Counted from the first letter of the stretch, positions 12,600 through 25,590 are shown. The stretch is DNA of 64,000 nucleotides from Octopus bimaculoides (GCF_001194135.2 NC_068996.1:22510850-22574849), one strand, 5' to 3'. Numbers and translations: made by a program. The notes: generated from the letters alone by a model not told the origin.

Positions 12600-13460
12600 C
12601 AGGGTTTCTGGGCTAAAATTGGCAATTTGCATAAAAGGAAAACAAAATGTAATATCCCATCTGAAAATTAAAATATTTTTTAAAAGTTGTAAAGCTATCA
12701 ACTGGGAGATAACTGTTTACTAGAATTAATTATCCCAGTTTACTAAAATTAATTATCCCCAGCTTCCACCATGGTCTCAAAATAGCTCTGGAACCTGGTG
12801 CATGCATTCTTCACTGTGTGCCTGGGAAGATCTTCAAACACTTCCTTGATCTTGGCTACCAGCTCAGCTTTGGCATTACAGGCAGGGCAGTTCATGTCTT
12901 TCTCAACCACACCACGCACAGTAATCTATGGGATTACAATCAGGGAAATTGGAAGGCTAGAAATTGGGGCTGGTGAAGTCATAGAAATTCAATGGCAACA
13001 ACTTCTGACTCTTTCCAGAGGTATGGCAAAGAGCTGAATCCTGCTATCACATATATGGCCTTCCAGCAGCAACCCTCTCTAGCCAGAGACTGAGCACAGT
13101 CTCCAGCAACTTTACATAGCTATCTGAATTGAGCCTAAAGCCCTCTTCAAATATATGGGGATGAATTTCAGCATGCAGATGCAGTCAGAATGCCTGCCTT
13201 ATCCATTCCTGCTGGCCATGGCTTCTTAGTCTCCATTGCAGTTGTCCATGTTATGTCTTATATACTTCACAAAGCATTGAGCCATAGTCATGATGTTGGC
13301 ATTTTAATACCCAGTACAAATCATCATGATATAGGTAACTCTTTTCCAATATTGGGTTGTTCCCAATATTCCAGTCATCCATGTCAGTTAACATTTTCTC
13401 AACTACAACTTGAATTTTCATGCATTCCAACACCATTGACTGCTCACTAGTAGTTCTTGA
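12600..13460 (-). mobile_element. Degenerate Tc1/mariner transposase remnant, DD37D (maT/mori-like)
   Basis: Minus strand reads, with stops and frameshifts, RPYM*QQDSALCHTSGKSQK..NF..PSNFPDCNPIDY..VEKDMNCPACNAKAELVAKIKEVF; TA-CAGGGT end at 12598. Confidence 0.7.
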
Positions 13461-15654
13461 AAAAAGGAGGCGTAAAAACTTGTCAGATTTAGCTCATAAA
13501 AACTTGTCGGATTTAGCACCATCATTATTTAATATCTATTTTTTTATGCTGACATGAATTGGATGGATACACACACACATACTCTCTCATTCATTCACAC
13601 ACACACACACACTCATTCATTCTTTACATGATTATTCAATCAATTGAATTCTTACCTGCGAAACAGTTATTTGTGAAATGTGTGCAGGGCCATACAAGTC
13701 ATTGAGGTGATGAATGAGTGTTACTGTTGTGAAACCACTTTATAAAGGATGGCCTCTTAGTTTCTATCAGAACATCTGTCACAGTGATGGGGGTAGATAA
13801 AGCTCCTTAGGTATTGTGTGAGTGGCCTGTCTGTGCTACCCTGTTGTCTTCAGAATGAATCCAGGAAGATGTGAACTAGGAGAGTACATTCTAAAAGAAA
13901 AACAAGCTGTGGATGTTAGCTTTAAGGTGGTTTTGAACAGACTGAATTTCTGCTAGCTTCTTGCAACTGCCAAGAGAAGTTAAGTCTTCTTGGATCTCCT
14001 TCACATCAAAGTTAGTAGTGGTAGGAAATATTTCATTTCTGGTACTATTGTAAAGCTTCATTGTGTAGGTGTCAGGGATCATGAATCTTGGATCACAGAG
14101 ATTTTCATTGTGGTTGTTTGGATATCATATACATCTGCAACAATGAAATACTGCCACTTATGTTAGTTCTTCATTCATGTAGGCATACAGTAGGTGTAAC
14201 ATTGGTAGTAGCAATCATGATTCTTCTGTTAGTTGTGTATTGCTACTGATCTTTAAGTAGCACAGACATTTAAAGATCAGAATTGAAAGAGAAAATGGGC
14301 AACATCAAGTTCTATGGACCCCCATAAGCAAGTAAGTAAGTGTATAGTGTGTGCGTGCCTGTAGTTTAAACTAAATTCTATTTCCTTGCAATTCAATATT
14401 TGGTTGCTACTCACTACAATCTTCAGGCAAGAACTATCTTGTGTGAGTATCTGGGCTAGTGTTATATGTTTTGGAGTAGGTTCATGCTTTTGTCTGTGGC
14501 TGTTGTTTTCATTTGTTGATTTCTAATATTGCTTCATTAAAATGATGTCTCTGGTTGATATTGCTTTTATATGTTAATTCTTTGGTTGTATTTTTTCATT
14601 AGCCAACTTTGTTGTCGTGTGACTCTGTGATTTTTGGGATTGTTCACCAATCCTACTTTTTCTGGGGTTGTTTATTTATGTATCATTTCCAGTTGCCCAA
14701 TTCAGTCTATTGCATAACCAACCACAACCATCCTGTTTTTCTAAACTTTGTCATGTTTAGCTGGTTATTTATCACTTGTCCCTTTGTTGGTTCAGTAGTT
14801 GTTCTGTATCTGCCTGTTGGTTATATGATGCATATCCTGTTTTGCTGAACTTATGTCTTTTGATAAATTTTTATTTCTGATTGAAGTCACCAGATCTAAA
14901 CACAGGAAAATATTATCCTTACAAAAATCTGAACTATCACTATCTACATACAAATGTTAGAACCATTTGCTTTCAAAATAAAGAGCATTAATAAATGTTT
15001 GAGAATATAATGTCATCTGACAAAATATTATTCAACAAATCAGCACCATTCTATAATGAAAACCTACATACCTGAAGCCTTACAAATAAACCAAACAAAA
15101 CTAGAAAAAGGAATGTATCATTTAGTTCAACTTACCAATCAGCTTAAACATAGCAACATTGGCAATTAGAGTTAGAATGTTTTTGTTTTCTTCTACAAAG
15201 CACTTCACAGCAGCCATTGAAAGCAAGGACTTGTGTGCTGGAGCATTGCTTTGATGAAACAAAACCCCTTTTGTCAGTTTTCCTGGATGTTTGGTCTTGA
15301 TAAATACCTTTCATAAATGCCTTAGTAAATACTCTCCATTGATGGTGTGGTCCTTTTGAAGATAACCAATAAACACAATTCCTTTTGCATCCCAAAAGCT
15401 GAGGCCATCAACTTCCCTCCAGATAAAATGAGCATTTGATCTCCGGAAGAAGTACTGGCGCATTACTGTTTAGAGACCTGGTTACTGGAAATTGAATGCA
15501 TCCTTACTGGCATGCAAAGACTACAGAGACTGGATTAGGGAACTTGTTAAGTGGCAGTTCACAGAAGCGATTGTCAACAGCTAGTGGTAGGTCACCCTGA
15601 AAAGAGCAATTAAAGTAAAATTGATAGCATTTAGCAAAGAGCTAGTAATAGAAA

Positions 15655-15890
15655 TGAAGGTGCATGGCTCAATGGTTAGAGCGTCGAGCTTACGATCATC
15701 AGGTTGTGAGTTTGAATCCTGGACTGGGTTGCGTGTTGTGTTCTTGAGCAAGACACTTTATTTCACGTTACTCCAGTTCACTCAGCTGTAAAAGTGAGTT
15801 GCAACGTCACAGGTGCCAAGCTGTATCAGACCCTTTGCCTTTCCCTTGGATAACACTGGTGGCATGGAGAGGGGAGGCCGGTATGTATGG
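15655..15890 (+). mobile_element. tRNA-derived SINE, family B
   Basis: Head ggtgcatggctcaatggttagagcgtcg..gagtttgaatcctgg (A/B-box-like), then gtgttgtgttcttgagcaagacacttt..ccagttcactcagctgtaaa central domain. Confidence 0.75.
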
Positions 15891-15905
15891 GTGACTATAT
15901 ATATA

Positions 15906-15938
<33 letters not shown>

Positions 15939-17560
15939 ATGTGTATGTATATGTATGTATGCATGTATATGTATATTTGTATGTATGTATGTATATGTAT
16001 GTATGTATATATGTATGTATGTATATGTATGTATGTATGTTTGTATGTATGTATGTATGTATGTTTGTATGTATGTATGTATGTTTGTATGTATATATGT
16101 ATGTTTGTATGTATATATATATGTTTGTATGTATATATATATATGTATGTATNNNNNNNNNNNNNNNNNNNNNNNNNNNNNNNNNNNNNNNNNNNNNNNN
16201 NNNNNNNNNNNNNNNNNNNNNNNNNNNNNNNNNNNNNNNNNNNNNNNNNNNNNNNNNNNNNNNNNNNNNNNNNNNNNNNNNNNNNNNNNNNNNNNNNNNN
16301 NNNNNNNNNNNNNNNNNNNNNNNNNNNNNNNNNNNNNNNNNNNNNNNNNNNNNNNNNNNNNNNNNNNNNNNNNNNNNNNNNNNNNNNNNNNNNNNNNNNN
16401 NNNNNNNNNNNNNNNNNNNNNNNNNNNNNNNNNNNNNNNNNNNNNNNNNNNNNNNNNNNNNNNNNNNNNNNNNNNNNNNNNNNNNNNNNNNNNNNNNNNN
16501 NNNNNNNNNNNNNNNNNNNNNNNNNNNNNNNNNNNNNNNNNNNNNNNNNNNNNNNNNNNNNNNNNNNNNNNNNNNNNNNNNNNNNNNNNNNNNNNNNNNN
16601 NNNNNNNNNNNNNNNNNNNNNNNNNNNNNNNNNNNNNNNNNNNNNNNNNNNNNNNNNNNNNNNNNNNNNNNNNNNNNNNNNNNNNNNNNNNNNNNNNNNN
16701 NNNNNNNNNNNNNNNNNNNNNNNNNNNNNNNNNNNNNNNNNNNNNNNNNNNNNNNNNNNNNNNNNNNNNNNNNNNNNNNNNNNNNNNNNNNNNNNNNNNN
16801 NNNNNNNNNNNNNNNNNNNNNNNNNNNNNNNNNNNNNNNNNNNNNNNNNNNNNNNNNNNNNNNNNNNNNNNNNNNNNNNNNNNNNNNNNNNNNNNNNNNN
16901 NNNNNNNNNNNNNNNNNNNNNNNNNNNNNNNNNNNNNNNNNNNNNNNNNNNNNNNNNNNNNNNNNNNNNNNNNNNNNNNNNNNNNNNNNNNNNNNNNNNN
17001 NNNNNNNNNNNNNNNNNNNNNNNNNNNNNNNNNNNNNNNNNNNNNNNCATGCGTGCACGTGTATTTATACATGCGTGCACGTGTATTTATACATGCGTGC
17101 ACGTGTATTTATACATGCGTGCACGTGTATTTATACATGCGTGCACGTGTATTTATACATGCGTGCACGTGTATTTATACATCCGTGCACGTGTATTTAT
17201 ACATCCGTGCACGTGTATTTATACATATGTGTGTATGTGTATTTATACATATGTGTATTTATGCATATGTGTGTATGTGTATTTATGCATATGTGTGTAT
17301 GTGTATTTATGCATATGTGTGTATGTGTATTTATGCATATGTGTGTNNNNNNNNNNTATGCATATGTGTGTATGTGTATTTATGCATATGTGTGTATGTG
17401 TATTTATGCATATGTGTGTATGTGTATTTATGCATATGTGTGTATGTGTATTTATGCATATGTGTGTATGTGTATTTATACATCTGTGTGTATGTGTATT
17501 TATGCATATGTGTGTATGTGTATTTATACATATCTGTGTATGTTTATCCATACATATGTG
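15891..17560. repeat. Compound micro/minisatellite spanning a gap: (TATG)n, 22-bp unit x8, 24-bp unit x about 10
   Basis: Units CATGCGTGCACGTGTATTTATA (17048-17223) and ATGCATATGTGTGTATGTGTATTT; source of the spurious long ORFs in the track. Confidence 0.95.
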
Positions 17561-17566
17561 TGCACA

Positions 17567-18403
17567 TATGATGTTTGATCAATAAGTATCCGGCCTGTTG
17601 CCATAGTAATGAAGCTAAAGTACAAACAGTGAAGCTGCTTGGCAAAGATTGAACATGCATACTGCTGTGTATGCGCACTAAGTTTTAACATTCTAGTTCA
17701 CTTCTACTGTTTATAGCAGTACTTGGAAGGAAGATGTGTAATGTGTGATTGTGACATCGACTGTGTCAGAGAAGGTTGTTTTGGCGATACCTGCTCAGAA
17801 GCCAACGCAAAGTTGCAGAAAGTGTATTGAGAGGAGTATATGGGCTGCACACAATTGTACGAGTGGTTCAGCCGTTTCCATGGTGGCTGAAAAATCTCAG
17901 TATTGGAAGACGTGCAACCAGCAGAATTGAGAAAAGCATTAATGTGCATGTAGCTGTAAGGGGAAACCCTTGAATCACCATCTGTGAATTATTAGAGGGT
18001 ATGCAGATCAGTTACGGTTCAGTTCAGTCTATTATCACTGAAGATTTGGGTATGAGACAGTTGTCTGCCAAGTTTGTGCCAAAACTGCTTTCAGCTGGCC
18101 AAAAAGACACTCATGGTTTACTTGCACAAGATCTCCTTAATTGTGCTGAGAATGACGAAAACTTTTTGAAAACTTTGCATAGGCCTCTGAGTATGCATCA
18201 CCAAGCTTTAGACAAATTTGATGCAGATTCTCTGCTCAACTTCCTCTGTCATTGTAAGCAGCAGAAGTGAGCTAGAATGCTAAAATGTAGTGCGCATGCA
18301 CAGCAGAGTTCAAGGTCAATATGTACCAGGCTGCTTCGCTCTGTGTGCTTTAGCTTTGTTACTATGGCAACAGTCCGGAAGCGTATTGATCAGACCACGT
18401 CTA
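17567..18403 (+). mobile_element. Internally deleted mariner element with about 75-bp TIRs
   Basis: Left TGATGTTTGATCAATAAGTATCCGGCCTGTTGCCATAGTAATGAAGCTAAAG; right end is its reverse complement; interior encodes ISYGSVQSIITEDLGMRQLSAKFVPKLLS (mariner HTH / WVPxxL-equivalent) and YEWFSRF. Confidence 0.88.
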
Positions 18404-18524
18404 TATATATGTATGCATGTGTAGACATATACATGTATGCATGTGTATACATATATGTATGTATATGCATACATGTATGCATGTGTATGTGTGTATAGAT
18501 ATGTACACACACACATATATATCA

Positions 18525-18850
18525 TCATCATCACATCCACTTTTCCATGCTTACACACACCAGATGGAATTACTTGATGTAGCTTTTCTAAGAGTGGATA
18601 CCATTCATGTCATTGACCCTCACCTGTTTCTGAACATGGTAATATTTCTTCCTGACTAGAAATTGTATGTATGACAGTGACGTCAGTTTTCAGTTATTGC
18701 ATGACGCCAAAACTAATGAGATATACACATGAACACACCTCTATGCACACCCCACTCACATACTCATATATGATGAGCTTCTTTCAGTTTCTATCTATAA
18801 ATCCTCTCACAAGGCTTTTGATGGTCCTGGGTCTTAGAAGACACTTGCAT
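18525..18850 (-). mobile_element. Old SINE (family-A head with RTE-like tail)
   Basis: catcatcacatccacttttccatgc tail; ctttcagtttctatc..ctcacaaggctttt..agaagacacttgc head. Confidence 0.7.
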
Positions 18851-18875
18851 ATGCTTGGCACAGCGTATTGGCTTG

Positions 18876-19013
18876 CCAGTCCTCAGTCAAATCGTCCAAC
18901 CCATGCCAGCATGGAAAACAGACGTTAAACGATGATGATTATAATGATCATCATCATCGTTTAACGTCCGCTTTCCATGCTAGCATGGGTTGGACGATTT
19001 GACTGAAGACTGG
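18876..19013. repeat. 64-bp inverted repeat formed by two tail-to-tail RTE 3' ends
   Basis: Left arm 18876-18939, loop 18940-18949, right arm 18950-19013; 60 of 64 positions complementary. Confidence 0.92.
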
Positions 19014-19213
19014 TGAAACCAGAAGGCTACACTAGGCTCCAATCTGATTTGGCAGAGTTTCTACAGCTGGATGCCCTTCCTAACGCCAACCACTCCGAGA
19101 GTGTAGTGGGTGCTTTTACGTTACACCGGCACAAAGGCCAGTCAGGCGGTACTGGCAACGACCACTCTCAAAAATGGTGTATTTTATGCGCCTCCCGCAC
19201 AAGAACCAGTCCA
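18950..19213 (-). mobile_element. Young RTE-LINE 3'-end fragment
   Basis: catcatcgtttaacgtccgctttccatgctagcatgggttggacg..; near-identical to 37090-37342 and 61012-61200. Confidence 0.85.
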
Positions 19214-19242
19214 GGGGGGGGCTATATCTATACATCTATGTA

Positions 19243-19274
<32 letters not shown>

Positions 19275-19711
19275 CATACGTGTGTGTGTATATGCATGTG
19301 TATGTATGTATACAAGTGCATGCGTATATGTATACCTGTGTATGTGTACATGTATACCTGTGTGTGAATGTGTACACGTATACGTGTGTGTATGTGCATA
19401 CATGTGTTTATGTATGTGTGTACATGTGTGTGTGTGTATGTATATGTATACACAAGGTTTCATGTCCATATTCTCTTTGTGGTCAATTTTCATCTGTTTT
19501 GTAAATTGTTTTCTCAACAGTTAGGCTATATTTCATATGCAATGAAATATTAAAAGAATAGTATGAGCTAAGGGAAATAATTTGGCTAGACTTCTGGTCT
19601 TTCTAGCACTCAAACATATGGCTATCATATGCACACCAACATATGCTCATAAACTGGGGAGCAGACATGTTTAGAAATACACTGAATCAAGGGAAATAAT
19701 TTAATGCACCT

Positions 19712-20085
19712 TTTATCTTCTTTCAGTCATTAGACTGTGGCCATGCTGGGATACTACCTTGAGAAATTTTAGATGAATGAATTGATCCCAGTACTTTTTT
19801 TAAACCTGGTACCTCTTTTGCTGAACCACTAAATTACAAGGATGTAAACACACCAACAACAGTTGTCAAGCAGTGGTTGAGGACAAACAGTCACAAAAGC
19901 ACATACACACACATACACACATACACACACACACCCACACACACCCATATGATTGGCTTCTTTCAGTTTCCATCTATCAGATCCTACTCACAAGGCTTTG
20001 GCCAGCCTGAGGCTATAAAAGAAGACACTTGCCTAAGGTGCCATGCAGTAGGATTGAACCCAGAAGCATGTAGTTGAGGAACAAT
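19712..20085 (-). mobile_element. tRNA-derived SINE, family A, antisense
   Basis: Reverse complement of the family A tail (tttcagtcattagactgtggccatgctgg) and head (agaagacacttgcctaaggtgccatgcagtaggattgaaccc). Confidence 0.8.
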
Positions 20086-20389
20086 ATATGCACATGTGAG
20101 GTAAACTCATGCATATATGACTGCACTAAAAGGTATTCCTTTTAGTGCAGTCTTCTCTTGAAGGCATTTAATTCTGATCTCCAGTTTGAGGATATTATCC
20201 TGCTGTTCTTCCTATCTTTTAGACTTTATAAAAGGATAATTTCTACTGCTTCCATCTTAACCAGAAGATAAATGAGTGTGAGTGTGTATGTGTATGTGTG
20301 TGTGTGTGTGCTTGCAAGTGTCTGTATAGTATGTGATTGTATGTATTTGTGTGTGTGCCTCCCTCTTTCTTAAGTTCTCTTAATTTGGA

Positions 20390-21085
20390 ATGTAGCAATC
20401 ATCTTACATGTGTGTTATTCCATGCCAGTGCAGCCTACCACCTTGTGCATACCTGATTCCTCTTACGCCCAGTTTCCTCTCAGTTTATTTGTACTCTGTT
20501 AATGTTCATACATACTAACATTACACAGCCTTGGACATGCTTGTCTCATTTCTTTCTAAACTTCTCAACTCTTTTGCATTCAAAGCCTATGCCTTACTAC
20601 CATGCAGCATAACAATTCTAATGCAAGCATAGTACAATATAATCTTCACTCTGAGAGAAAAGAGCTTTATTGCCAACAGAGGTAATAATTCCATTGTGAC
20701 TTCCTTCATAAGATACCACTTCAGATTTCTCTTCAACACTTTGTTCCAAGTCTTCCTCGGTTTCCCCTCTTCTACATGTTCAATTTTTCTTTGAATGTGC
20801 AACATTTTTTTATATAGTTATCTTTCATATGCATCACATGCCCATACTAAAGTAGTCTTTTCACCTACACACTACACATGAATTCTTATATTCAGTTTTT
20901 CTCTGAGCCCAGTTGTGCCTCAATGTTCATACACACTAATGTTACAAATCCTGTAGGCATGCTCACTTTATTTCTCACTTTGTAAGGCCCATATTTCACT
21001 ACCGTTCAACATTGCACTTCATACACAAGCATCATGTAATCTGGCATTCACTCTGAGGAAAATACCACTTTTGTGCCAACAGTGC
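20390..21085 (-). mobile_element. Degenerate RTE-type LINE ORF C-terminal fragments
   Basis: Minus strand GKPRKTWNKVLKRNL and ELLPLLAIKLFSLRVKIILYYACIRIVMLHGS, homologous to the RTE copies at 55150 and 59315. Confidence 0.7.
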
Positions 21086-21219
21086 TTTCTACTATGTTTT
21101 CTGAACAACTAACTCCATTTTACTCTTTTCTTTTTTCAAAATAAAACACATCTTGATGTTACAGGCCACCACCAGTCTCCCTTGATTCTCTTTTATAGAT
21201 ATGTGTGTGTGTGTGTGAG

Positions 21220-21415
21220 ATAATCATTAGCACACTGATTTGGCAACATTTCTACTGGCTTTACATTCTGAGTTCAAATTCCACCAAGTTTGGCTTTGCC
21301 TTTTAACCTTTGAATATAGGTACCTCAAAATAAGTAACAGTTTAGCACTGGAGTTGATGTAATTGACCTCCCCCTCTCCACAAAATTATAAACCTTTTAC
21401 CTATTGTAGAAAGAA
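21220..21415 (+). mobile_element. Old SINE-like repeat, family C
   Basis: ttctgagttcaaattcc..ctttgccttt..aaaataagta..gatgtaattgac..cccctc; homologs at 47425, 47690, 48270 and, degraded, near 5810. Confidence 0.6.
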
Positions 21416-21458
21416 TAAATATGTGCGTGTGTGTAGATGTGTATGTACATGTATGTAT

Positions 21459-21830
21459 ATATTGGGTTGGCCAAAACGTTCAGTTGCTTATTTCCTTTCT
21501 GCATGCAAACTTGTTAGATACCTGACACAATGCAAACTTGTTAGATACCTGACACAATGCAAACTTGCAATGAGACGAGTTGTATTATGTGCTTGGGATC
21601 ACCCTGAAAATGAAGAACCAAAATGAACACTATTGACACCTCATGCTTTATTTTTAAAAAGGCAAGAATGCAATGCAAACCTGCAGCAAGATATTTTCTG
21701 TGTATAGGGAGAATGCTGTTGCTGCTTTGGAATACATGTGCTAGAAGTGGTTTACAGGATTTCAATTGGGAAATTTTTCTGTTCAAGATGCACCTCACTC
21801 TGGCCAGCCAACAGAAATGAACAAAATGGA
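21459..21830 (+). mobile_element. 5' fragment of a mariner element
   Basis: TA-TTGGGTTGGCC TIR start; FSVQDAPHSGQP resembles the mariner FSLED.PRSGRP motif; internal 27-bp tandem duplication 21504-21557. Confidence 0.7.
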
Positions 21831-21879
21831 GTTAGTTGAGACCGACCTCAGTTATACAAGGATGATTGCATATATTCTC

Positions 21880-24045
21880 CAAATATCTTGAGTGTATTCC
21901 TGGTAGGTGACATCAACTTCCCCAACATCAGGTGGCCTGAGGGCAACATAAACTCAGGAATGACACACAACGAAATAAGCAGAATCTTTACTTGATCTTA
22001 CGAAAATACTATTCATGGAGCAGATCATACTCTCTCCAACTAGGCATAAAAATATCCTACACTTCTGTTTTACAAACAATGTGGAAATTATCCATGTTGT
22101 GAATATATCACTGACAATATTCTCAGACCATAACATGATGGAACTGACAATGTATGGCCTGGAATTAACTAAAGATAAACTCCGCACAGGTGACGCTCAA
22201 ACACTATCCAGCCTAAATTTCTGTGAGGCTGACTGGAAAAACTGATACTCCAGCAGGGCTGGCCTCTCTTTGCAAGACATAGATACAAAACTCAACAAAT
22301 TCATGTCAATAATGCGAACCATATGCATTCAATATGTCCCAAAGAAGAGAGCCATTACACACAAAACATCATTCCCTGAGACAGAAGAATACTTATGAAG
22401 TTGAGAATAAAAATCTCGTTGAAATAAACACCTCAATGAGTGTGAAATCCCACTTGAAAGAGGAACTCTTTGAGATTGGAAATAAATTCACTCTCCCATG
22501 AAAAAGAAAGGGAAGAAAGAGAAACCTGGGCAGTTGAAAATATAAAACAAACTCCTAAAGCTTTCTACATGTTGGCAAAGGAATCTGCCTCAGTATGCTC
22601 TAAGATAGGGCCACCATTTGGTAAAAACGGCTTACTAACTGCAGACCCAGGGAATATAAGTGAAGCACTAAAACAATTCCAAAGTGTTTTCACTTCTCCA
22701 CTGGAAAATATGCAAATAAACAAGGATTTCTTCAATGTAATGAATCTATTTGAAAAAGAGGCAACCATCGATTACATCAACATAACAGAAGAGGATGTAT
22801 TATTGGCTATTGATGAGATGAGATCAAACTCAGCAACAGGCTGTTCTCTTAAAGACATGTATGTAAAAAGGCTTTTGCAAAACCACTGCAGATACTTTTT
22901 CAGAGTTTCCTTGCATGTGGTAAACTTCCCAACATGCTAAAAGAGGGTATAATATGCACTGTCCTTAAAGGCGAGAGTAGAGCAGATGCTAAAAACTACA
23001 GGCCCATCTCTCTGACCTCACATGTTAGCAAGATAATGGAATGCATTGTCAGAAAAAGGCTGATCATGTTCCTAGAAGAAAACAACCTTCTCACAAACAC
23101 GCAACATGGCTTCCGTCCAGGGAGGATACTGAAACAACAGCTAAACCAGTCAGATGTAGACGTGATATATCTTGACCTTGCCAAGGGCTTTGACAGAGTT
23201 GATCATGGAATGATATGTCACAAGCTACGAAACTGGGAGAGTGGCTGCATAACTTCCTAAAGGGCAGGAATCAGACAGTTGTAGGCAATGGTGCTCACTC
23301 TGAAGAGACACCAATTCTCAGAGTCCCACAGGGAACTGTACTGGTGCCACTACTATTTCTGGTGGCCTCTCAGACATGCCTTCCATATACAGTCAGCCAA
23401 TCTGACCAGCTATGCTGACAACACAAAAGTATTGCAGACAGTTAGGAACTCAGAGGACATCATAAAATTGCAGAAAGACCTGACTGATATATACAAATGG
23501 ACTAACAAAAATAACATGCAGTTCAATGTTATGAAATTTCAGGCACTTCACTATTGGCCCAACACCAGGCTAAAATCAGAATACACTGGTCCAGAAGGTA
23601 ATACAATCCCAGAGTCAGAGTTGGTGCATGACCTGGGGGTTAATATGAACAATGATGCAACATTCCATGTGCATATTACCAAGATGGCAACACTGTGCAG
23701 GTGAGTGGCTGGATGGATTCTGAGGGCATATAGAACCAGCAAAAGGGAGCCCCTGCTACACCTATGGGGGATTATCGTTCTCAGCCACTTAGACTGGGGA
23801 ATTCTAAGTAATCCAGCACCACACAAAGAAGATTGACTCGATGCAAAAGATGGGCTACTGGGAGGGACTAAAGGAGTTTAGCCTCTATTCCCTGAAGAAA
23901 AACAAGAGAGATATGCAGTGATATATATTTGGAAGATCTTGGAGGATTTAGCACCTAATTTTGGATTTGACTGCTATACCAATCCTCGAGCTGGACAGCA
24001 CTTTATCATACCAAACATCCCATCTTCCCAATTTAAAATAAGGAC
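21880..24045 (+). pseudogene. CR1-group non-LTR retrotransposon ORF2 (APE plus reverse transcriptase), frameshifted
   Basis: GDINFPNIRW, LHFCFTN and SDHN (endonuclease end); NYRPISLTSHVSKIMECIV, QHGFRPGR, DVIYLDLAKGFDRVDHG, VPQGTVLVPLLF, YADNTKV, LQKDL..IYKW..KNNMQFN (RT). Confidence 0.92.
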
Positions 24046-24214
24046 ACAGTACATATATCAATGGGTATATTTGTATAGGCAGATATATATATGTGTGTAT
24101 AAATATATGAATGTATATATATATATGAATGTATATATATATGAATATGTATATATGAATGTATATATGAATGTATATATATATGTATATATGAATGTAT
24201 GTATATATGAATGT

Positions 24215-24245
<31 letters not shown>

Positions 24246-24381
24246 AACGTGTGTGTGTGTGTGTATATATGTGTGCGTATCTGTACATGTATGTGTATAT
24301 GTATATGTCTATATATATGTGTATGCGTCTGATCTATGCCAGCATGGAAAGTGGACTTAAAACGATGATGATATATGTATA

Positions 24382-24424
<43 letters not shown>

Positions 24425-24610
24425 GCGTGTGTGTATATGTATGTATGTGTGTATATGTATGTTTGTATATATATATGAGGAGAATTCACAAAAAAACAAC
24501 AGATGAAGACAGGTGGTGTAGAAAACAAATAGATGCATTAGTTTAACGCTTGGGAAGTGAAAAAGTCTTTAACGTTTCAAGCTTACGCTCTTCCACAGAA
24601 AGGAACACGT

Positions 24611-24644
<34 letters not shown>

Positions 24645-24670
24645 GCATATATATATATANNNNNNNNNNT

Positions 24671-24704
<34 letters not shown>

Positions 24705-24706
24705 GC

Positions 24707-24744
<38 letters not shown>

Positions 24745-24860
24745 ATATATATGTATGTGTGTATGTATGTATGTATATGTATGTGTGTATATATATATAT
24801 GTATGTATAATTATGTATGTATGTGTATATATATGTGTATGAATGTATATATATGTATAT
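24046..24860. repeat. (TA)n/(TATG)n/(TG)n compound microsatellite with a short RTE tail and a 10-N gap
   Basis: Direct inspection; tgccagcatggaaagtggacttaaaacgatgatg near 24337. Confidence 0.9.
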
Positions 24861-25590
24861 ATGAGGTCATCCCATAAGTTCTGTCCGATTTTAACTTTTT
24901 TAAAATTGAATGAAATTTAATAGTATTTTAGAATGTCTAATGGGATTAAGGATTATTTTTATGCATTTGTGTACATTTAAACTAATTAAATATTATTTTA
25001 CAGAATAATAGAATTAGAATTTCTTTNNNNNNNNNNGTCCAGTTGAGTTTGATGATAAGCTCCTTGAGGCATTACTTGAAGAAAATCCTGCATTATCAGT
25101 TGAAGAATTGGCAATAAAGCTTAGTCCAAACCATACAACTGTTCATCGTCATCTTCAACAACTTGGAAAGGTTCCTAAACTTGGAAAATGGGTACCACAT
25201 GAATTGTCCGAAAGCAACTCATTTCACCCGTTTTGGATAGACTGGTGATGAAAAATGGATCTTCTATCGAAATGTTAAACGTCGTAAACAATGGCTTGGT
25301 AAAAGGGAAAAAGCTCAACCGCAACTGAGAAGGGAACTTTATGGGAAAAGGTTCTCTCTATCTGGTGGGATTGCAAAGGAGTAATTCACTTTGAATTGTT
25401 ACCACCTAATGCAACAATCAATGCTCAAGTCTACTGTCAGTAATTAGAGCGTTTGAACCAAGCTTTGAAGAAAAAAAACCAGCTTTAGTGAATCGAAAAG
25501 GAGTGATGTTTCATCAGGACAATGCACGACCCCACACTGCAAAGATCACATCACAGAAGATCGAAGAGCTTTGTTGGAAAAAAATTCCTC
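24860..25590 (+). mobile_element. Mariner (DD34D) transposase remnant
   Basis: TA-TGAGGTCATCCCATAAG TIR; LLEENPALSVEELA..TVHRHLQQLGKVPKLGKWVPHEL, TGDEKWIFY, VIHFELLPPNATINAQVYC, FHQDNARPHTA. Confidence 0.92.

Noticed and set aside
13891-15400. Minus-strand A-rich, coding-like stretch with faint resemblance to a Penelope-type RT
   Set aside because: Motif matches were too weak by eye to support a call; needs an HMM search.
17048-17560. Regular 22-24-bp repeats superficially like a CRISPR array
   Set aside because: Head-to-tail tandem units with no unique spacers, in eukaryotic intronic DNA.
15782-17585. Very long ORFs (430-590 aa) in the track, and similar ones at 26812-27733, 30163-31363, 38555-39629, 52569-53426 and 62464-63021
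   Set aside because: They consist of N-gap codons and (TA)/(TATG) microsatellite translations (YIYI, MCVC); not genes.
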